Below are positions 1 through 10,006 of a stretch of 46,927 nt of DNA, piece by piece. Below the pieces are notes generated by a model that was not told the DNA's origin, did no database searches, and was given only the letters and a program-made list of their open reading frames with translations. The stretch spans positions 1 through 46,927 of the forward strand of contig JAODGL010000092.1 of assembly GCA_025464585.1 (NCBI GenBank), in the 5' to 3' direction. Position 1 is the first letter of the stretch, and every line of letters starts with the position of its first letter. This stretch comes from Methanosarcinales archaeon (lineage in GTDB: Archaea > Halobacteriota > Syntropharchaeia > Alkanophagales > Methanospirareceae). The position numbers were made by a program, and so were the translations under genes.

Positions 1-92
1 ACCTTGGATAGTCCAAGATCGACATTCATGTCGTTGATAAACAACTGCCTGTCCGATTTGTTTACCAACCTCTCCAATTCTTCCTGGTTCAT
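1..92 (-). CDS. 5' part of an unidentified gene running off the window (MNQEELERLVNKSDRQLFINDMNVDLGLSK...)
   Basis: Manual translation gives an open frame from ATG at 92 (alternative ATG at 98) to the window edge, preceded by an AGGTGA Shine-Dalgarno. Confidence 0.6.
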   Translation of the reverse strand, partial: MNQEELERLVNKSDRQLFINDMNVDLGLSK

Positions 93-153
93 GTACATCA
101 CCTTTTTATAGATTTAATGCTATCATGAACCAGGTGTCATATGACACAAAGGT

Positions 154-266
154 CAAATATCAAAATCTCAATGTTCAAAACAAACTTTTTCGCTGCTTAC
201 TTTTCGAATTTTGAAATTAGGATTTGGGATTTATTTGTGATTTGATGCTTGTGATTTGGAATTTTT
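154..266. repeat. Imperfect 7-nt periodic repeat with loosely inverted arms (CAAATAT-CAAAATC... / GGATTTG-GGATTTA-TTTGTGA-TTTG...)
   Basis: Heptamer periodicity is visible; 246-265 matches 33029-33048 at 18/20 nt. Confidence 0.55.
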
Positions 267-286
267 CGAGATAATTTTTTTATGAA

Positions 287-865
287 CTACATATCCACAA
301 AATTACGTATCAACTTAACCCCTTCCTCAGTCAATAACGACTCAGGATGGAACTGCACACCGAAAACATCGTGGTCTCGATGCCTGATTGCCATTATCTC
401 TTTGTCGTCCAAACTTCTCGCTGTTACTTCCAAACAATCTGGCAATGAATCATCAATCACCAGAGAATGGTATCTCACGACGGAGAGAGGATTCTTCAGC
501 CCTTTCAGCACGTTCTCTCCGTTATGCTTCACTAAACTCACCTTCCCATGCCTTATCTCTCTTGCACGCCTTATCCTTGCACCAAAGACATAGCCTATGC
601 ACTGATGCCCCAAACAAACGCCTAAAATCTTCTTGTTTTCATTGCAAAACTTCCTTATCACTTCATTTGAGACACCCGCATCTCCTGGCGTCTTGGGACC
701 CGGCGAAATTATTATGTGCTCTATTTCCTTCGCTCTGACTATTCTCTCTATATAGCTAATATCCACGTTATTCTGCACCACTATCGGCTCGGCACCCAGC
801 ATCCCAACGTATTGCACGATGTTATACACGAATGAATCTATATTATCCACAATTAGCACATTCAT
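287..865 (-). CDS. trpG: Anthranilate synthase component II (glutamine amidotransferase)
   Basis: IVDNIDSF, ISPGPKTP, GVCLGHQ, RYHSL and GVQFHPES motifs. Start moved to MNVLIV (865), giving an ATGA overlap with trpE. Confidence 0.93.
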   Translation of the reverse strand: MNVLIVDNIDSFVYNIVQYVGMLGAEPIVVQNNVDISYIERIVRAKEIEHIIISPGPKTPGDAGVSNEVIRKFCNENKKILGVCLGHQCIGYVFGARIRRAREIRHGKVSLVKHNGENVLKGLKNPLSVVRYHSLVIDDSLPDCLEVTARSLDDKEIMAIRHRDHDVFGVQFHPESLLTEEGVKLIRNFVDM

Positions 866-2367
866 TTTCTTTTCTTTTCGCCTCCGGAAATGCACTCCAA
901 TAACGCCGCACACTTACTCATCGTCTCTTTATACTCGCGTTCAGGGTCAGAATCCGCAACTATTCCCGCTCCTGCCTGTATATAAACTTTCCCGTGCTCA
1001 AATACCGCGGTTCTTATCGTTATCGCGGTATCCATTGCACGATTAAATGAGAAATAACCTACACATCCTGCATATATCCCCCTTCTTGTTGGCTCTAACT
1101 CTTCTATTATCTCCATCGCTCTTACTTTCGGCGCTCCGGAGACCGTTCCTGCGGGAAATGCCGCTACCAGCGCGTCAAACTCGTCCTTGTCCCTTCTCAG
1201 CTCTCCCACCACATCGGTTACTATGTGCTGTACATGCGAATATTTCTCCGGATACATAAACCTCGTAGCTTTTACGGTCCCAAATTCAGACACTTTTCCT
1301 ACATCGTTCCTTGACAAATCCACGAGCATCAAATGCTCTGCGCGCTCCTTCTCATCGTTCAGCATCTCGCGCTCCAAACGCTTATCCTCCTCTTTATTTG
1401 TACCACGCGGTCTTGTCCCTGCTATCGGACAACTCTCTACTTTCCTGCTTCTTTTACCCGCAGCTTCAACCCTGAGCAGCATCTCTGGACTCGACCCCAC
1501 TATCTTGCGCTCTCCGAAATCGAGTAAATACATGTATGGCGACGGATTCACCTCGCTTAATCGCTTGTAAAACGAAAAAGCACTCTGATTTCCATCGCTG
1601 CTGCCGGAATCAACATCTGCTTCCAACCGCTGTGAAAGAACCACCTGAAAAATATCTCCTGCACGAATATATTCCTTCGCTGCCCTCACGCCCCTCTCGT
1701 ATTCTTCTTCTTCCATATTTGATGTGAACTCCCCGTGCTCCGCTATTTGAACGTCTTCTCTTCTTTTATGCTCGTTATTCTTCGTCAACTCCCTAAACTT
1801 TAGAAAAGCTTGCTCTTGCTCAAAATTCAAACCTTCAAAAGAATCATCATAAAATTCGTTGAATATGAGGAACGCCTTTTTTGCCTTATGGTCCATGATG
1901 ACATTCTTTTTTGTCAGGATGAATTCGCAATCCGGCTGCTTCAGGACATCAGTTGCGCTTCCCCCCACATCCACAAAATAGCGGATGTAATCGTAAGCAA
2001 GATAACCAACGAAACCGCCGATAAATCTTTCTCTTCTCGCACCCTCTATTTTCAGGTCGTTAAGGAGAACTTTAATCATACTTAGCGGATTTTTATTCTC
2101 GCCGTATTCTTTCGCCGCATTGCTCATCTTTTTGGCGAAAAACGAATCATAAGACTTTGTTTTTAATATTCCGTTCTTTACCGAGAATTTGAACGCAGGG
2201 TCGAAGCCTATAATGGAATACCTTGCCAATTTATCGCTCCCTTCTCGTGATTCCAGCAGGTAAGATTCCCTGCCTTCGCTTCCTTCTTCTGTCTTCAAAT
2301 TCAAAATATCGTATAGCAATGAAGGGTTTGCAAACGGGATTTCCTCATAGCTCTGGATAATGAACAT
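862..2367 (-). CDS. trpE: Anthranilate synthase component I
   Basis: LLES, GDIFQVVLSQ, NPSPYM, PIAGTRPRG, EHLMLVDLSRND, FPAGTVSGAPK and QAGAGIVADS motifs. Confidence 0.93.
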   Translation of the reverse strand: MFIIQSYEEIPFANPSLLYDILNLKTEEGSEGRESYLLESREGSDKLARYSIIGFDPAFKFSVKNGILKTKSYDSFFAKKMSNAAKEYGENKNPLSMIKVLLNDLKIEGARRERFIGGFVGYLAYDYIRYFVDVGGSATDVLKQPDCEFILTKKNVIMDHKAKKAFLIFNEFYDDSFEGLNFEQEQAFLKFRELTKNNEHKRREDVQIAEHGEFTSNMEEEEYERGVRAAKEYIRAGDIFQVVLSQRLEADVDSGSSDGNQSAFSFYKRLSEVNPSPYMYLLDFGERKIVGSSPEMLLRVEAAGKRSRKVESCPIAGTRPRGTNKEEDKRLEREMLNDEKERAEHLMLVDLSRNDVGKVSEFGTVKATRFMYPEKYSHVQHIVTDVVGELRRDKDEFDALVAAFPAGTVSGAPKVRAMEIIEELEPTRRGIYAGCVGYFSFNRAMDTAITIRTAVFEHGKVYIQAGAGIVADSDPEREYKETMSKCAALLECISGGEKKRK

Positions 2368-2512
2368 TGTGTATCATATTTAGATTATATTGTATATATA
2401 AATACCTTGAGGGACAATTATTTCTCTGAAACTTCTTTGCCTCACGAAAACTTGTAACAAATAAAAATAAGTTCTAAATACGATAACCGACATTTCAAGC
2501 AAGGAATGGCAA

Positions 2513-3856
2513 ATGGAAGAAGCAGAAGAAGCAAAGACGAAGGAAGAAGTATTTGCAGCAGTGGAAGAGCAAGATGTGAAATTCATCGGGCTCTGGTTCA
2601 CCGATATCTTAGGGCGACTAAAGAGCGTTACTATTTCTGTTTCAGAATTGGAAACCGCGTTTGACGAGGGTATGGGCTTTGACGGCTCTTCGATAAAAGG
2701 ATTCGCAAGGATTGACGAGAGCGACATGCTCGCAAAACCTGACCCTGCTACATTCCAGATTGTTCCGTGGAGACAGAAGGAGGATGTAGTTGCGAGGATG
2801 TTCTGTGATATTCTGAATCCAGACGGCAGTCATTATGAAGGCGACCCGAGGTATATATTGAAGCGGAATCTGGAGCGGTTGCGAGTAGAGTATGGCTACA
2901 CGTTTTATCTCGGTCCTGAACTGGAATACTTTTATTTCAGCGATGAGAAAAATCCGGTGGTGCTGGATGAGGGCGGATACTTTGATTTAATGACTCTGAA
3001 TGCGGGAAGCGACTTCCGAAGAGATACTGTCTTAATGCTGGAAGCAATGGGGATAAAAGTAGAAGCCAGCCACCATGAAGTTTCTCCTTCACAGCATGAG
3101 ATAGACCTTCGTTATAAAGATGCGCTTACAATGGCGGACCAGGTGATGACATATCGAATCGTGGTAAAGGAGATAGCCAGGCAGCATGGTTGTTATGCCA
3201 CGTTCATGCCAAAACCCATCTTCGGTGTGAATGGCTCAGGAATGCACGTGCATCAATCGTTATTTAAAGGTGATAAAAACGCATTCTTCGACCTGAATGA
3301 CGAATATCATCTGTCTGATGTAGGTAAGAAGTATATCGCAGGATTGTTAAGACACGCACCGGAGATTACTTCGGTTACCAATCAATGGATAAATTCGTAT
3401 AAGCGGTTAGTTCCTGGTTATGAAGCACCGGTATACATTACATGGGCACGGCGTAACCGCTCTACACTCGTCCGGGTACCGATGTATAAGCCTGTTAAAG
3501 AGAAAGCGACACGTGTGGAATACCGCAGCCCTGATCCGGCATGCAATCCTTATTTAGCGTTTTCCGTGATGCTCGCTGCTGGCTTAGCAGGATTAAGGAA
3601 CAAATATGAATTGCCACCGCCGGTGGAAAAGGATGTTTACCGGCTAAATGAGGAGGAGAGAGCGAAGGAAGGAATAAAAACGCTGCCCGGGAGTTTGATT
3701 GAGGCAATAGCACTGACAAAGCGTAGCGAACTGGTGAGAGAAACCCTTGGCGACCATATCTTTAACAATTTTATCACTTCAAAGCTCGTGGAGTGGGACC
3801 GGTATCGCGTGAACGTAACAGAATGGGAGTTGAAGGAGTATTTATCGGTGCTGTGA
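2513..3856 (+). CDS. glnA: Glutamine synthetase type I
   Basis: FDGSSI, GPELEYF, HHEV, FMPKP, NGSGMHVHQS, YKRLVPGYEAP and EYRSPDP motifs. Confidence 0.97.
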   Translation: MEEAEEAKTKEEVFAAVEEQDVKFIGLWFTDILGRLKSVTISVSELETAFDEGMGFDGSSIKGFARIDESDMLAKPDPATFQIVPWRQKEDVVARMFCDILNPDGSHYEGDPRYILKRNLERLRVEYGYTFYLGPELEYFYFSDEKNPVVLDEGGYFDLMTLNAGSDFRRDTVLMLEAMGIKVEASHHEVSPSQHEIDLRYKDALTMADQVMTYRIVVKEIARQHGCYATFMPKPIFGVNGSGMHVHQSLFKGDKNAFFDLNDEYHLSDVGKKYIAGLLRHAPEITSVTNQWINSYKRLVPGYEAPVYITWARRNRSTLVRVPMYKPVKEKATRVEYRSPDPACNPYLAFSVMLAAGLAGLRNKYELPPPVEKDVYRLNEEERAKEGIKTLPGSLIEAIALTKRSELVRETLGDHIFNNFITSKLVEWDRYRVNVTEWELKEYLSVL

Positions 3857-3976
3857 GCTTGAGCTCATAGCCTTATACCGGATTTGTATTTGTTGGTGAG
3901 AAAAGAGCAAAAGAAAAAGAGGAAATGGCATGCATTGAAAGAAAAGCCGCTCTCAATAGCTCTTAAAAGTCACTTC

Positions 3977-4064
3977 GCCTAACAGAGCATATCTGGCTTC
4001 ATGCCTTCGGCATTCCGCCCAAATCCTCCTTCGGTGGACTTCAGATGCGCTCGAAACGTTATAC
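3977..4064 (+). mobile_element. Integron attC-like recombination site (solitary)
   Basis: R'' GCCTAAC (3977-3983) and R' GTTATAC (4058-4064). Arms GAGCATATCTG / CAGATGCGCTC pair with 2 mismatches. Internal hairpins ATGCC-TTC-GGCAT and TCCTCC-TTC-GGTGGA. An upstream frame stops at the TAA inside R''. Confidence 0.65.
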
Positions 4065-4085
4065 GCAATCAGCTTCTGAACGCTT

Positions 4086-4322
4086 TCAAAAACATTTTTC
4101 AAGCATTTCCTTCCACAACTCAATTGTCTTCTTCGCTTCGTGCTCGTCCATTATCTCTATTGCAAAACCCGCATGAACCATTACATAATCGTCTACTTTT
4201 GCATCCACCAGCGATATATCAATCTCACGAGAGATGCCGCCGAAATCTGCTTTTGCCTTTCTCCTTATCCCTTCTTCACTGCCGCTAATCTCCACCACTT
4301 TCGCCGGTATTGCCAAACACAT
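4086..4322 (-). CDS. hypC: [NiFe]-hydrogenase maturation chaperone HypC
   Basis: N-terminal MCLAIPAKV and DYVMVHAGFAI. Confidence 0.95.
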   Translation of the reverse strand: MCLAIPAKVVEISGSEEGIRRKAKADFGGISREIDISLVDAKVDDYVMVHAGFAIEIMDEHEAKKTIELWKEMLEKCF

Positions 4323-4347
4323 ATTTCAAAAAACCTCGTTTCTTTGT

Positions 4348-6609
4348 TCAAACTTTTTTTGTGAAAGAAAGTTTGTTTAAATGCCCAACCACAACATTTT
4401 GCCCGATTGAAATCCCTTCATCTCCATTAGGTATCTTATTATGAATTAAAAACTTTAACCCTTTCTCTTTTACCAACTCTTCAGTCATTCTAACTATTGG
4501 CACATCATACGAGACACCACCTGTTATCCCGATACAGGATATGTCATTACCGACACAAGTATCCACTGCAATCCCCACCATTTCCTTAATCAAGGCATAA
4601 ACAAAAGAATATGCGAGGTCTGCCTTCTTCTTTTCCGTGCTTACGCCATTTGCACTGTAATCTGCCAATTGGTCAAACAACGGCAATGTTTTCACAATTT
4701 TACGGTCTTTGGGCTCAACCTCCGTCTCAAATTCATACTTTCGCTCTCCGCGCGCTAAATATCTCTCCAGTTTCATTGCCGGTTCACCATCATAAGTCAT
4801 TCTTTGACAGATGCCGAGATAACAGGACAAAGCATCTAATATTCTGCCGAAACTGCTTGTTTTTGGTGCTTTCTGCATCAGCTTTTCCATTACGTTCGCT
4901 TCCTTTTCATCCACAAAATGCGCCGCAATTGCATCTCTGCCCAGGAGCGAAAAAATTGCAAATACCATCCTTCTTGGGTCTTTTATTGCTGCATCGCCAC
5001 CAATCAGCGGTATCTCCTCCAAAGACCCCTCCCTTTCAAAGCTCGAAAAGAGAGAATGCAGGATTTCTCCTCCCCATACTTTACCATCCGTTCCATATCC
5101 CGTCCCATCCAGGGTCAAAGCAACCACTTCATCCACACCCGCATCGAGCATCAATGAAGCTGCGTGAGCCCAATGATGCTGTACCTCTACCAATCCAGTT
5201 GAAAACTCTTCAGACAGTTCTTTTCCGTATCTTCTCGTTGAATACCGTGGATGCATGTCTACCCCAATCGCATCAATCTCATTCATACTTAAGCCTAAAA
5301 GTTCCATCATTTGCTTCTTGCTCGATGCCAGGAATTCCAAAGTTGGATAATGAGATGTTTTTCCGATATATTGACTCGAATAAAGATTGCCATCTTTTGA
5401 AATGCTGAGTGAAACATTTTCTCCCGCACCTAAGGACAAAACTCTATACTTATACGGAACTTTTATAGCAGTTGGCACAAAACCCCTGGATTTCCGCAAG
5501 AAAAAAATTTTACCCTCGCAACAGCGAACCACAGAGTCATCAATCCTGTTTACTATTTCTCTGTTATGTAAGAGGAAATACTCTGCTTTGAGCTCGAATG
5601 CATCCTCATTACGAATGACCATCGGCTCTCCTGAGACATTTGCAGAGGTCATTATAATCCCATCCGAGTTTAGATAATGGAACAGAACATAATGAAAGCC
5701 AGAATATGGCAAATACACGCCAACATTTCCCAATCCCGGTGAAATATCCTCTAACTCATTTGAAAACGAAGAAGTCTTCTTATCCAAAAGCACAACAGGT
5801 CTTTGTGCGGCTATCATCAACTTTTCTTCCTCTTCTTCTAAACTTGCATATTTTTCTATCGCGCTTAACTCCCTGAACATCACTGCAAATGGCTTTGCCG
5901 GTCTTTTATACAGCTTCCTCAGCCTGTTTGCCTGCCCAAACCCGCATATAATGTGCATTCCTCCCCAACTCTTCGCTATCCCTATCGCACCTTCGTCAAT
6001 TAGCCTTGCAAAACTCGCTATCGGATTCTTATCCCCCAGGAGTACACCCCCTCTTCCATAAAGCATGTATTTCGGACCGCACCTCGGACAGGAAATTGTT
6101 TGCGCATGAAATCTCCTGTCCATTGGATTTGTATATTCAGCGAGGCATTCCTCACACATCTCGAAATCTCGCATTGATGTATTAGCCCGGTCGTAAGGGA
6201 CGTTCTCAATCACTGAGAACCGAGCACCGCAGGAGGTGCAATTGATAAAAGGATATAAATACCTGCGATTATCCTCGTCAAATAGTTCTCTTACGCATTC
6301 ATCACATATCGCGGTGTCCACCGGGATAACAGAACTCCTTTCTCCTTCCGAACTATTTATTATCCTGAAATCATCATACCTGCCAATAGGCTCGTCTTTC
6401 ACTTCTATTTCAGCAATTGACGCAAGTGGAGGCAGTTCTTTCATTAAAGTGTTCAAGAACTCATCCACATTCTCACTTTCTTTGATGCCTACTTCTACGT
6501 TTGAGCCTTTGTTGAGTACATAGCCTCTTAGTCCAAGCGATTTTGCTACTCTATATACCGTAGGGCGGAAACCAACGCCTTGCACTGTTCCCCTGATAAG
6601 CATCTTCAT
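4348..6609 (-). CDS. hypF: Carbamoyltransferase HypF
   Basis: GTVQGVGFRP acylphosphatase domain, two CxxC-x18-CxxC zinc fingers, DMHPRY, QHHWAH, DGTGYG and PNGDEGISIGQ. Confidence 0.96.
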   Translation of the reverse strand: MKMLIRGTVQGVGFRPTVYRVAKSLGLRGYVLNKGSNVEVGIKESENVDEFLNTLMKELPPLASIAEIEVKDEPIGRYDDFRIINSSEGERSSVIPVDTAICDECVRELFDEDNRRYLYPFINCTSCGARFSVIENVPYDRANTSMRDFEMCEECLAEYTNPMDRRFHAQTISCPRCGPKYMLYGRGGVLLGDKNPIASFARLIDEGAIGIAKSWGGMHIICGFGQANRLRKLYKRPAKPFAVMFRELSAIEKYASLEEEEEKLMIAAQRPVVLLDKKTSSFSNELEDISPGLGNVGVYLPYSGFHYVLFHYLNSDGIIMTSANVSGEPMVIRNEDAFELKAEYFLLHNREIVNRIDDSVVRCCEGKIFFLRKSRGFVPTAIKVPYKYRVLSLGAGENVSLSISKDGNLYSSQYIGKTSHYPTLEFLASSKKQMMELLGLSMNEIDAIGVDMHPRYSTRRYGKELSEEFSTGLVEVQHHWAHAASLMLDAGVDEVVALTLDGTGYGTDGKVWGGEILHSLFSSFEREGSLEEIPLIGGDAAIKDPRRMVFAIFSLLGRDAIAAHFVDEKEANVMEKLMQKAPKTSSFGRILDALSCYLGICQRMTYDGEPAMKLERYLARGERKYEFETEVEPKDRKIVKTLPLFDQLADYSANGVSTEKKKADLAYSFVYALIKEMVGIAVDTCVGNDISCIGITGGVSYDVPIVRMTEELVKEKGLKFLIHNKIPNGDEGISIGQNVVVGHLNKLSFTKKV

Positions 6610-9014
6610 TTTTCAGCAAAATTAGTGGTCCATTCCGGTCGAGCTGGTGGATTCGAACCCAACATCTCCCTCCACTTCTCATCGGTTAGCCTGTCATGCA
6701 TCGGCTGTTTAAATTCGTAATAACTCATTACGGGTCCAGCACCAATTAAAATCCTGCCATCTGGAACTTTGTAAGCGACAACAATCAAATCAACGTAGCC
6801 GACACCTTCTTCCAGAACCTGTCCTGTATTGCCGTCGGTATGAACGTCAGCAATTATTGTTGTCTTTTTTGCCTTTTCATCAACCTCTGCAATCACACCA
6901 TTTAATTCACCACCGAAGTTTTTAATGAACTCATAATCCTCTTCTATCAGCTCTTCATTCTCCAATTCCTTCTCCGACAGTTTAACCAATCTTTCCAGTA
7001 TTTTCTCCAGATTTTCCAATCTATTTCTCGCCGCGCTATCCAGAACGTTCATCTCGTCCAGGCCTCTGTTTGTCATGTTTGTTAAAGCCAGCAACCTGTT
7101 ATAAAACTCTGGAACTGGTTCGATGTAGCCAACGACTGGGTTTTTCGGCGATGGGGGTTTGTAGCTCGTTATTCCCATAGTATAACTCTGCTTCGCATAC
7201 AAAATCGTGTCATGCCTTAATTCAGTCCATGAAGATAGTGCGGTGGTTAATTTTTTGTCCTGCCACGCTTTGGTCTGCATAAATGTCGGATAGCCAGCAC
7301 CATATTCTTTTAGAAGAGGTTTCAAAGTGTGAAGCCATGACCAGTAAAGGTTCTTTTGCCAATCTGCCTCGTCAAACCCATCAAATTCCTGTTTTAATTC
7401 GTTAAACGCGGTTTCGTAGGTTATTTTTTCCCCTTTCTTATCTCTACCTTCGTATTCTGTATCACCCAATTCCCTTAAAAGTTCCCCTGCCCTCTCAGAA
7501 CCCAGCAAAGCCATTACATCCAATCCCCGGGGAAAGCATCTGGCTGGACCGCCATCTGTCAATTCGCAGGTGAAAACCTGCTCGCAATTTTTCCCGGAGT
7601 ACATCCCAACGTGAGGCGAAACTAAATTGGAAAACATGTAAGAATCAGGAATGAATCTCTGTCCCATCAATCTAAATCCTTTTGTAATTCCCAAAACCTC
7701 ATCTGCCTGTTCCGGTGTAAAAGGGGGACCCCAAAGCAAAACCTCCCCCGTACCACCATATATTTCTGGACTTCGGTATTCAGCCAATTTCGCCTTTAAT
7801 TTCCCGATATTCTCTTCTGTTAAATCTTTTGGCTCGAATTTGCCATTAAACACATAATCCAACGCATCCATGTATTCATAAGGTCCTAAATCGTCAGAGA
7901 GACCCACATAGAAAGCCGTTACTGTGTAGATTCTATCCCATTTCTCCCTCAGTTCCGGACTTTCTGCAAATTCAGAAGCTATTAAACTCGCACCTATTGT
8001 TTGTATCTTTGCATCGTGTAAAGAGATGAGGGCTTTGCACGGTGGGAAGTCATTACAGCTCTCTCCTGCTTCGACCTGGTCTGTTCCTTTAAGAAGCATG
8101 CTCATTCTCCCATACCACATAAATGCCCTGAAATAATTCTTTAACTTCTCAGACCGTGTGTAATGCCCGCGAGGAACATATTGGGTGTAATCTTCTCTGT
8201 AAACGAAGATGGGCGATTCAGAAAAACCTTCGTGGTTTTCTATCAGTTCCAATTCCTCTTCGACATCTGATTTAACAAAGTCTGGCATCATGAAGCTATA
8301 TTTTTCTAAGTCTTCCTTTTTGAAATAAGCATCTGTGCATTCGTATTCATATTTACTTTGACAGACCTGCTCTGATTTTGGCTGAAGCAAACGTAAACCA
8401 ACTGCGAAATACGCAACGTTTCTTCTCGATGCTTCTCTTAAATCACCACTGGCATGGTTATAACTCTCTACCGAATCGTTCAGTAACTCCATACTGATTT
8501 CCCAGAGCGCATCGTAAAATTCTCTCTCCTCAATTTGCCTCAGCGTTTCGTCAAATTGGATATGGTAAAGATGTAATAACGAATCAGAAGTGATAAAGAT
8601 GGGTATTTCCCTCTCTTTTAAGGTATTATAAGGCTGCGTGATATATTCTTCTTCCGGATTAAACGGATTACGGATAACTACAAAACCGTTCTTTTCCAGA
8701 AGTTGTATGGCACCCTCGCTTAAAGAGATTTTCGCGGAGAAATCGTCAAAATTGGATATTTTGCGGGTTTGTAAGGGAAGGTTATATTGCGAAACTTGTA
8801 AATCTATGTCTAAAGGGGTTAGGGAATAATATCCTATGAAACTCGTTTTTTCTGGTTGAACTCCGGATAAATCAATTGGTTCTGTTTTCAACTCGGAGTG
8901 TTCTACTTCAGGTGGTGTTTGTGTTGGTTGCTGAATGCATCCACTGAGAAAAATTATTCCCACAACTGCCGATACCAAAATCATCATTCCGTAAATTAAA
9001 GGTTTTGATTTCAT
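6606..9014 (-). CDS. DUF3160-family predicted lipoprotein
   Basis: Signal peptide with LSGC lipobox; FITSDSLLH, YVPRGHYTRSE and SWTELRHDTILYAKQSY motifs. ATGA overlap with hypF. Confidence 0.8.
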   Translation of the reverse strand: MKSKPLIYGMMILVSAVVGIIFLSGCIQQPTQTPPEVEHSELKTEPIDLSGVQPEKTSFIGYYSLTPLDIDLQVSQYNLPLQTRKISNFDDFSAKISLSEGAIQLLEKNGFVVIRNPFNPEEEYITQPYNTLKEREIPIFITSDSLLHLYHIQFDETLRQIEEREFYDALWEISMELLNDSVESYNHASGDLREASRRNVAYFAVGLRLLQPKSEQVCQSKYEYECTDAYFKKEDLEKYSFMMPDFVKSDVEEELELIENHEGFSESPIFVYREDYTQYVPRGHYTRSEKLKNYFRAFMWYGRMSMLLKGTDQVEAGESCNDFPPCKALISLHDAKIQTIGASLIASEFAESPELREKWDRIYTVTAFYVGLSDDLGPYEYMDALDYVFNGKFEPKDLTEENIGKLKAKLAEYRSPEIYGGTGEVLLWGPPFTPEQADEVLGITKGFRLMGQRFIPDSYMFSNLVSPHVGMYSGKNCEQVFTCELTDGGPARCFPRGLDVMALLGSERAGELLRELGDTEYEGRDKKGEKITYETAFNELKQEFDGFDEADWQKNLYWSWLHTLKPLLKEYGAGYPTFMQTKAWQDKKLTTALSSWTELRHDTILYAKQSYTMGITSYKPPSPKNPVVGYIEPVPEFYNRLLALTNMTNRGLDEMNVLDSAARNRLENLEKILERLVKLSEKELENEELIEEDYEFIKNFGGELNGVIAEVDEKAKKTTIIADVHTDGNTGQVLEEGVGYVDLIVVAYKVPDGRILIGAGPVMSYYEFKQPMHDRLTDEKWREMLGSNPPARPEWTTNFAEK

Positions 9015-9073
9015 TATAATTACCTAATCTTCGGAGTATAAAAACTTATCGCAGAATGTGCTGTGTTGCATAA

Positions 9074-9712
9074 TTAAACTTTCTTCGCTATATGATCATC
9101 TTTCTCACGTTCAAGCGCAAACGTCTTCTCCATATCCGCTGAACACTGCATTATCACATCTCCCATCCCCCCGCCTATCCGTGATGCCTGAACCACTAAA
9201 TATGTGTATTTCTCGATTAACTCGCTTTTAAGCCGTTTCGCAAGCTCGGACATCCCCTCCTCGAACGTCAGCCCCCACTTCAGTTGCTTTGCTAAGAGGT
9301 CAATATGCGGCGCAAGTGACTCCATTCTTCTATACACTTCCGGCGTTGCTGATGATGCCAGTTCTATCACACCCGCTACCGGGTCAAGCCCGCCCCTTAA
9401 GAGCTCCGAAAGCTCAAATAAGAACCGGGCAAACTCACGCTCATATCTTATCCGCCTGCGCTTATCCACATACACGTAGAACCCATAAGGTGCAAGCGCA
9501 ATGAGCATCGCAATCACGGCAATCTTCTCCATTGGATTTGCACTCTTATCCACAGAAGGTTTTGCAGGATGCACAGTTTCTTCGCTCTCCGGCACTGGAG
9601 AAGGCGAGGTTTGTGGCGTTGGAACGACAGTAGCTGGTTCTACCTGACCGGGGACAAAGAAGACGGCACCAAAAATGAGAAACAGTATAGCAACCACTGC
9701 TGGAACAAGCAC
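9074..9712 (-). pseudogene. Type II secretion F / TadC-like pilus platform protein, C-terminally truncated
   Basis: Two TM helices followed by a T2SSF-like domain (FLFELSELLRGG, LKWGLTFEEG, ASRIGG), ending at LEREK without the expected downstream TM helices. Start uncertain. Confidence 0.55.
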
Positions 9713-10006
9713 GATGAGATATTCTATCCTGATACCACTTCTTATCCTCTCCTTCCTGATAAATTCTCCTCGTCACCGATTGAATCCAGTTATCATGCGG
9801 TTTGAAGCTGGAGGAGCATGGTAGTCTGTGGGCTTTCATTAATATACTTGCAATGGAGAGCAGAGACCGCGACATTATTGGATTGTTTCATGTGGCAAAT
9901 GGATTGCATAAAAAGGAGAGGTATGGTTTTACTACTGATGAGAAAGGCATTGTCAGGAGAACTTGCCTACGTGGATATTGCGATTTGATAATTTATTATG
10001 CCCAAC

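Noticed and set aside
154..266. CRISPR array
   Set aside because: Periodicity is 7 nt with no repeat-spacer structure; no cas genes are in the window.
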